Shown: piece after piece, positions 55,608 to 64,000 of the stretch | Layout: every line of letters begins with the position of its first letter | Position numbering within the stretch: the stretch's first letter is position 1 | DNA from: the human T2T-CHM13v2.0 reference genome, Homo sapiens | DNA: 64,000 nucleotides | Assembly (NCBI RefSeq): GCF_009914755.1 | Contig: NC_060927.1 | Direction: 5' to 3' (one strand) | Translations under genes and position numbers: made by a program | The notes under the pieces: generated by a model | What the model was told of the DNA's origin: nothing | What the model saw: only the letters and a program-made list of their open reading frames with translations | Databases searched by the model: none

Positions 55608-57986
55608 TTAAGATAAAATCTTTTAACTGTGATAAAGTATTACTGAATATAAAAGCAAAATGTCTAAATCAACATCAAAAGAAATTCTGGTAGGATATAA
55701 TAATCACTTTACTATGCTTTAGATTCAAACTATCCAAATGTTCTTAGTTTTAAAACAAACAAAAAATTCTAATAAACAAAAAAGAATTAATTTTTGCCAA
55801 AACATATTACATGTATATAAAAGGCTTATTAGCTAGCTGACAATCTCCCTCAAGATTAGCTTTTAACTCATGATGAACTAATATGGCACAAACATTTTAA
55901 TCTTTTACTATAGCTTCTCCTCATTTCAGCAAACTCACTCAGATGTTTCCTACTTACTTGCATTTCCACATAGCATCTCTACTGAAGATCCCTGTAAAGT
56001 GCGGCAGTCAATTTCTACCCAATTCAGTGTTGCTGTCTAAACCTACTTGATCAGTGATGAACAGGTGCTGAGCCCACAAGTCAGTCATGGTGGAATTTTC
56101 CAGTTGCTTGGTGTTCCATTCACATAGAGTTAGAAGGTGGCATGGAATATCAATATAGCTGTTAACTCTTTAGGACGAATTTGTGACAGCATGACCTGAA
56201 ATGCAGGTATATGATTTCTGTCTAAAAACCATAAACTTCCCATCAATAACTGGGAACATTTTTATCAACAAGAGTGCAAGGAGTGCACTGCTTACGGCTT
56301 TTCTGACATCAAATCTAGCTCATTTAATAGTACAAAGAGTCAACTGTGCAGTGATTCCTTCAATTTCCCAACTGCACTAAATAAACCCAGAACACCACAT
56401 TTGCTGTCCTGGGCACACTCTGTTCTTCTCAAAAAAGAAAACACAAATAAACAATTCTACAATATCATGAAAGGACACAAATTTTCTGAAGGTCTTCAGC
56501 CACATAATGTTCTTCAATAGATTAGAAAGCCATATTGCCATGAGCTATGAATCTACTGTCATGTATTATTTCTTTAGTATAGATAAGGGTGAGTTATGCC
56601 ACTTGGAAAACTGAGGAATTATTTTTTGGAAACAGATTTTTAGAATTGAAAGAAACCTTAGAAACCATTTAGCCTCAGACCCTCAGGTTAAAGATAACGA
56701 AATCGAAATCCCCACAAGTTAAGCCACTTGCCCAAAATCAAATCGCTGGAAATGGAAACATCCAGCCACGCTTTCAACCCAGGTCATAGTGCCTCTCAAG
56801 AAACAGATTAGAAGAAAAATATTAAAATATTCCAGCAAATCGGAGAGGTATGAAGCCATTTCAAGGGCATCCTCATTACTCTGCAAATTCCAGATACAAT
56901 AGATAGTATGTGATCTTAAAATTACCTAGAGTGTTTTGTAAAGCTATTACTTTGTTACATAAAATATAAAGGCAAAACTTAATGTATTGGAAAACACCAG
57001 AATTGAATTCCTAATAATGTCATGTTTTCTATTCATTTCGAAAGATATTTTCTATTCAGGAAAACATGGATCTTTTTAAAATTGAAACTAATTACAAAGC
57101 AGCAACATCAATAATAGTGATAGTAGCTAATACTCCTGAGCATTTATTATGTGCCAGGCCTTGAGCTAAGAGCTTTCTATGCACTGTCACTCAATCTTTG
57201 TAATATGGCTATGAAGTACATTTACAATTATTCTTATGTTAAAAATGAAGCAGCAAAGAGATTAAGAAAGTTATCTAGGTCACAGAGCTACTGAAAGGCC
57301 CATGCTTTTAGCCACCACCTTACATTGCCTCTTATTAGGCCTTAATTTTGCTGAGCTTGAGTAAAAACATGCTGCTTTGTAAATAAGGAGGCAACTATAG
57401 ATGACCACTAATAAAATTTTTAACCCAACAACTAAATATAACCCCAACACACTGCTCTCCAATCATTCATTTTGACTGATTTAAGAGGGATTAATTTTTA
57501 CAAAGATTATTTCTCTCTATAGTTTAATCACTCATCTTGAAAATTGTTTCACTAATACGTTAAAAACGTACTGCTTTGAATACCCAGTACATAAAGTTAC
57601 TTGTTAAAAATGAAATAAAACTGAAAATGTACAGGACAGCACAGCAACTGTATCCTGAAGGCAGCACATACCTTGCTTTCTCCTTCCGGAGTTTACAACA
57701 AACATCTACCAGTTAGAACAATGAGCTTGTGGGCAGAGTTTCTGACAGTATGTAGACACTCTTCACTCAACAGTGTACTGGGCTAGGTATACAGCCCACA
57801 AAGTCTTTACTCTTTTAAGAACCCATGTTGACAGTTTAAACATCTTTGACTTTGGTAGGCAACAATACTTCTTTACACATTTTGGTATTTGAATGAAAGG
57901 ATCCAAACTAACTGAATCTCAATAAATGTGCCAAGGTGCTCCAATACCTAATCTCCTCCACCCCCCTCCCCTTAATTTTTATTACT

Positions 57987-58313
<327 letters not shown>

Positions 58314-59981
58314 TTATTTTTCTGTTTTGAGACCAAAGGGTAATGAGAATTTAAAGGACACTGACAACTGTAAAGTAGTAAGATTATTCCTGAAAATATG
58401 AGTTGTTTTAATCAGCCCAGACTTCTAGACATGATTTTTAAATTATCCTTCTTTCAGAAAGAAAAAAACATTTTAAGTACCTGAAGTCTTCTGACTTCAA
58501 ATTTTAAGTAAATAAATAAATTACAGATAACCAGAAGGAAAATTACTTCAGGTATGCACTGTCATGAATTCAAAGTTCAACAAGACACCTAGCAGGAAGT
58601 GTCTCTCCATGCTATTACGAATGCATCACTACCATCTCTGTCCTTCCAAGTCCTTTCAGGCAGATACCTAACACTGCTCCCTAACCACAGCAGAAAGCAT
58701 CTTTAGTTTTCTTTTTATTTGTTCTTTGTTTCATTCTTCTTTTTTTTTTTTTTTACAAGTTATAATAAGCACCACCAGAATTCAACAGAAAAAAAATGGG
58801 CTAAACATCCTATGCTGAGGATAGAATTAACAGTCATACCTCAGCTTACTCACTATTTATACATTATAGCTGTTCCCTCTTCAAAATCGAGACTGAAAGA
58901 ATGGGAAAATGTTAGACTCTAAACCATCATCTATTCAAAGTTACAATGGAATATAATTGCTACTATAGAGCAAGAACATAAACCTTAAAAATGTACCCAG
59001 GGTAGGGGCAGGGAGAAAAGACATCATGATACATGCTAGTTTAAAGATTTTATTTGGAATGAATTACATAAACTACCATATTTCAAAGACTGGGCTTCAT
59101 TATCTATTGATAGTATAATAAAACTATGTAAAAATGTTCTGCTAGGCAGTTTTATTTATTAGATGTAAAAATCTTCCCCATACAATCTAAATAAAATTTG
59201 TCTTCTATCATCCTTTTGATGAAAAACTATTGCTGATATTACAAGTAAAAATTAAAATGAATTCTGGTAAATTATATATTCACCTCACACCCTAACGTGA
59301 CACTGGTAAATTTACCTATTTATCTAGAGAATTATAACCAACATCAGTATAGGTAAACACAATGTATCTTTCATGTAAGCAAGTTTCCTAACAAAATTTA
59401 TTTTAAAAGGAACACTTTAAAATTGTAAGTATATCGTCAAGAAGCTGTTACTGTTGGTTACTGGCCACTTTTTAAAAAACTGTCTGCAGACAATTTCATT
59501 CCTGAGGTAGACAGATACTTCTCACACTATTTTCTTGAAATGCAGACAGTGTTTGTTCCTATAAAAAATTTTCTTAGTTATTTCTAAAGTACATTTAACT
59601 CAGCAATTAAAGTTGAAGGTATAACATTGAAACATTGAAATCTAGTACTAAAAATATAAGTGAAGATTGATAATTAAAATACATTACAGCATGAGAAAAA
59701 TTAAGAAATTAGGGATTGAGATTTTTCTCTTTTCTAATGAAAAGATAATGAAGCCAATTACTAAACAGACTAGTTTTCAGTTTTATGCTAACTAAAATGT
59801 AATAAATACCCACTTTTATTGGCAATGTTATTTTAATTACATTAAACTTGCTTGCTTTTAAACAGATGTTTGTATGTTATAATTCAAGCAGAGTTAAGGA
59901 AAGAAAGGCATTCTGAATTCTGTGCTAGGTAGAGGAGTGAGGAGGAAAAGTGGTTTAACTGATGAGCTTCTATTTTCCAGC

Positions 59982-60170
59982 CCAGTGGTTCTCAATGTGT
60001 GTTTCCGGACCAGCAGCATCTATATCACCTGGAAACTTGGTAGAAATGCAAATTCTCAGGTATTAACCCCAGACCTACAGAATCAGAAGTTCCGTGGGTG
60101 GGGTCCATCAATTTGTGCTCAACTAAACCTCCAAGAGATTATAAAGCCTACTCAAGCATGAGACCCACTG
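59982..60170. mobile_element. MER5A hAT MITE
   Basis: cagtggttctcaatgtg...ccagcagcatc...agaaatgcaaattctcagg...gagacccactg. Confidence 0.85.
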
Positions 60171-61789
60171 CTCCAGCCTATAAATCCATGTCCTTTCATC
60201 ACTCCCTTAACCATGGCACTGCACATATTGTTCCCCTAGTGTTCACCCTTCCAACAGGATTAATATCCAGAAGATAGAGCCGAAAAGTTCCAAAATGCAT
60301 TAAGGAAAGTAGAGAGAGGAGTTTAAAAAAGAAAAAAAAAGTTAAACAAAGGTATGCACATGTATGTGTACATGTACAGACGTGGGAAGTCAGTGGCAGA
60401 GAGAAGAGGCAGTGGCAACTAGGGCTGTATGCAGCTGGGAATACAATGCTGCACTCAGGAAATTCAAAACAGTTCCAGATGAGAAGGACAACGAATCCTA
60501 TAAATTTACAAGCATTTAAAATTAAAAGCACCTTACAGCAATAATAAGATGTCAGCTACAAGAGCTATAGTTATTGGTAACATTTAGCAAAAGGTCAAAT
60601 AAAGTCCAATTCATTCTCATGTAAGTAATAAATACCTCATGAAGATATGCACACACACATGCGAGGAAAACCCTGCCCCACTGTTAATACAGTAAAAGTT
60701 AAACAGAATATTGTATTGTAGCCCATATAACAGTGGTGATCTTCTCAAATGGAGGTCCTCACTTCTCCAGAGTTGACTGTCACTACTTTAAATTCCAGGG
60801 CTGGTTGTTCCCCCAACTCTTACCAGCTATTTAATCCTGAAGCTGGTGCATGGCTTTACATAATCTTGTTTTCTATGAAAATGATCTTACAAAAAACCAA
60901 AAAACAAAAGTTTTCCTCTTTTACTTTATGCTTACAAGAAGGCAGCTGAAGTTTTAAAAATCACTTTAAAGAAGCCAAGGAAACCAAACAGAAGCATATG
61001 AGATGAAAGCATTCACTGAAGATAGGCATTTGAAAAGCTAGACTCTAATCCAAGTTAGTCACAAGTCCAGCCACAAGGCAAATGTTAACAAAGGCCTCTG
61101 ACTTTGCGTGGTTTCTTAGAATATCCCATATTGTATAAAATACATAATGGAATTCACACAACATTAACTGTGTGTAAATTAACAAAATTACTATGTGGCA
61201 TTTTATATGCAATAATTCAAAAATTAACAAGTAAAATAATCTGATTTACAACACACATATTTCCCCAACTAACCAAATCAAAGCTTTTAAGCTCCAATAT
61301 TTTGAGTTCTGCCAAAGGAATGCAAAACAGAGTTACCAAGGAACCAGTGATTTCAGGGGTTCTTGTAACTAGGAACAAGTTCACGATAATCAGGAAGCAG
61401 GAAAAAAAAAAGGGGGACAGGTTTACAATCTCTTTAAAAAGAAGACTCATCTTATTACCAATCTATCCCACATTTCATTTCTAAATAGCGAAATGAAGGT
61501 TATTAAAGCAGCCAGCAGCTTTTGCAATGACCTATATTTGAAACTAGGAAGAATGCATCTTAACCATGTGAAGGAAAGTGATACTAGCACTCCCCCAGTT
61601 TCTTTTGATAAAAGGTGCTCTGGCTCAATCTCTGTGATTACAAACTTATCCCAGAGCATCTGTAAACAATGGCATATTTTTCAGAGGGTTCCTAGTCAGA
61701 ATAATCCCTGCAGAATTATCATGCAACAAAAAGGAGAAAACTGAGGCATCAAAAGAAATGAAATTATCATTTATGTTGAAGAAACAAAC

Positions 61790-63210
61790 ATCTGATCTTT
61801 GACAAACTTGACAACAACAAGAAATGGGGAAAGGATTCCCTATTTAATAAATGGTGCTGGGAAAACTGGCTAGCCATATGTAGAAAGATGAAACTGGATC
61901 CCTTTCTTACACCTTATACAAAAATTAATTCAAGATGGATTAAAGACTTAAATGTTAGACCTAAAACCATAAAAACCCTAGAAGAAAACCTAGGCAATAC
62001 TATTCAGGACATAGGCATGGGCAAGGACTTCATGACTGAAACACCAAAAGCAATGGCAACAAAAGCCAAAATTGACAAATGGGATCTCATTAAACTAAAG
62101 AGCTTCTGCACGGCAAAAAAAAAAAAAAAAAAAAAAAAACCAAAAAAAACTACCATCAGAATGAATAGGCAACCTACAGAATGGGAGAAAAAATTTTTTT
62201 TTTTTTTTATTATACTCTAAGTTTTAGGGTACATGTGCACATTGTGCAGGTTAGTTACATATGTATACATGTGCCATGCTGGTGCGCTGGAAAATTTTTG
62301 TAATCTACCCATCTGACACAGGGCTAATATCCAGAATCGACAAAGAACTCAAACAAATTTACAAGAAAAAAACCAACCCCATCAAAAAGTGGGCAAAGGA
62401 TATGAACAGACACTTCTCAAAAGAAGACAACTATGCAGCCAACAGACACATGAAAAAATGCTCATCACCGGTCATCAAAGAAATGCAAATCAAAACCACA
62501 ATGAGATACCATCTCATGCCAGTCAGAATGGCAATCATTAAAAAGGAAACAACAGATGCTGGAGAGGATGTGGAGAAATACAAACGCTTTTACACTGTTG
62601 GTGGGAGTGTAAATTAGTTCAACCATTATGGAAGACAGTGTGGCGATTCCTCAAGGATCTAGAACTAGAAATACCATTTGACCCAGCAATCCCATTACTG
62701 GGTATATACCCAAAGGATTATAAATCATGCTACTATAAAGACACATGCACACATATGTTTATTGTGGCACTATTCACAATAGCAAAGACTTGGAACCAAC
62801 CCGAATGTCCATCAATGATAGACTGGATTAACAAAATGTAGCACATATACACCATGGAATACTATGCAGCCATAAAAAAAGATGAGTTCATGTCCTTTGC
62901 AGGGACATGGAAGCTGGAAACCATCATTCTGAGCAAACTATCACAAGGACAGAAAACCAAACACCGCATGTTCTCACTCATAGGTGGGAATTGAACAATG
63001 AGAACACTTGGACACAGGGCGGGGAACATCACACACCAGGCCCTGTCAGCGGTGAGGGGCTGGGGGAGGGATAGCATTAAGAGAAATACCTAATATAAAT
63101 GACGAGTTGATGGGTGCAGCAAACCAACATGGCACACGTCTACCTATGTATCAAACCTGCACGTTGTGCACATGTACCCTAGAACTTAAAGTATAATAAA
63201 AAAAAAACAA
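61790..63210 (+). mobile_element. 5'-truncated L1PA (approx. L1PA7/8), antisense to MRPL3
   Basis: ORF2 C-terminal remnants ([23 protein letters not shown]; WRFLKDLELEIPFDPAIPLLGIYP) and a 3' end gtaccctagaacttaaagtataat with poly(A). Confidence 0.95.
62199..62289 (-). mobile_element. Very short 5'-truncated L1HS-type 3' end inserted in reverse inside the L1PA
   Basis: Minus strand CAGCGCACCAGCATGGCACATGTATACATATGTAACTAACCTGCACAATGTGCACATGTACCCTAAAACTTAGAGTATAAT(A)n, flanked by near-duplicated gaaaa(aa)ttttt. Confidence 0.88.
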
Positions 63211-63428
63211 ATAAAAATAAAAGCTATAACCTGATGTGAACCCTTTACATACAATTAATTTGGCACAATTTAAAAACCAGTGTAGGTAACATGAAAGATT
63301 TGAATTCAGAATGAGAAATATATTTATCCTTTATTCACTGACTTGAAAGACTGTACTTCTTTCACTTATTCTATTCTCTTTTAATAGATGAAAACAAAAG
63401 GAAAAGAGAACTCGCTATGAGGACCTAC

Positions 63429-63489
63429 GTTTTGGCTGTGACATCCACATACTGTCCTGGACGAAAGTGAGCAGCATAAAGAGGAGTGC
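63429..63489 (-). CDS. MRPL3: MRPL3 coding exon (61 nt; exon 6 in the usual numbering)
   Basis: Minus strand reads ttttcataaag|GC ACT CCT CTT TAT GCT GCT CAC TTT CGT CCA GGA CAG TAT GTG GAT GTC ACA GCC AAA AC|gtaggt = (G)[19 protein letters not shown](T). This is the uL3 'F..GQ.VDV' motif, and the phase matches the next exon. Confidence 0.97.
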
Positions 63490-64000
63490 CTTTATGAAAA
63501 GAAAATGAAAAATCAATATGAAATTTGACAGCACAGAAACAACTTTATTCAACATAAACTATATCCAGGAAGGCTTCTAGCTGATTTCAAAAATGGTAAG
63601 AGATTCTCTTCTGCAATTAGAAACATCCAAACAATGAAATTATTCAACAAATATGTCTTTTGATTGACTTCACAGAGACCAAAAGTGGTGCTGTTTGAAA
63701 TGAGTGATTCCCATGACAACACAGTGTTCTTGCTGTCAAACATATAAATTTGATGATTCTTGGTTGTTTTAGTGAATAACAGTATACTAAATTAAGATAT
63801 GTTTCTTGTTTTCACATTGGGAAAACAAAAACAAGAATAACCAAAAAATGTTGGGGCTTCATTAAATATCCTGCACCCATTGGACAAACAGGAAACAATT
63901 ACTTGAACCCAAGTCCCTCATATGGTGTGTAATGATCATGGTATGTATGACATCTATATAAAGCCTCTACATATCAGATTTTGGGTGAACTCTTCATTGT

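Noticed and set aside
61888-62841. Three ORF2-like ORFs
   Set aside because: C-terminal pieces of a truncated L1PA broken by insertions and frameshifts.

Overview
This is eukaryotic (human/primate) genomic DNA, not prokaryotic. The right part (about 37,980-64,000) holds the last five coding exons of MRPL3 (mitochondrial ribosomal protein uL3m) on the minus strand. All five have canonical GT-AG junctions and splice in frame to the TAA at 38490-38492. The 16.4-kb intron (47032-63428) contains the H/ACA snoRNA SNORA58, which here carries a perfect 16-bp target-site duplication and an A-rich tail, so it looks like an L1-retroposed snoRNA. The left ~38 kb is repeat-rich downstream intergenic DNA: an old near-full-length L1 with an internal RT deletion, many Alus, MaLR/ERV LTRs, Tigger1, hAT remnants and MIR/L2. 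Almost all ORFs in the supplied track are spurious Alu, L1 or low-complexity translations. I found no evidence of a new multi-gene system. The best observations are retrotransposition and mutational footprints: the snoRNA retrogene between inverted Alus, a tiny L1HS-type insertion nested in an older L1, a polyadenylated LTR12 retrocopy, reuse of one L1 target site, and template-switch hairpins. Repeat subfamily names and exon/residue numbering come from memory and need RepeatMasker/Dfam and RefSeq confirmation.
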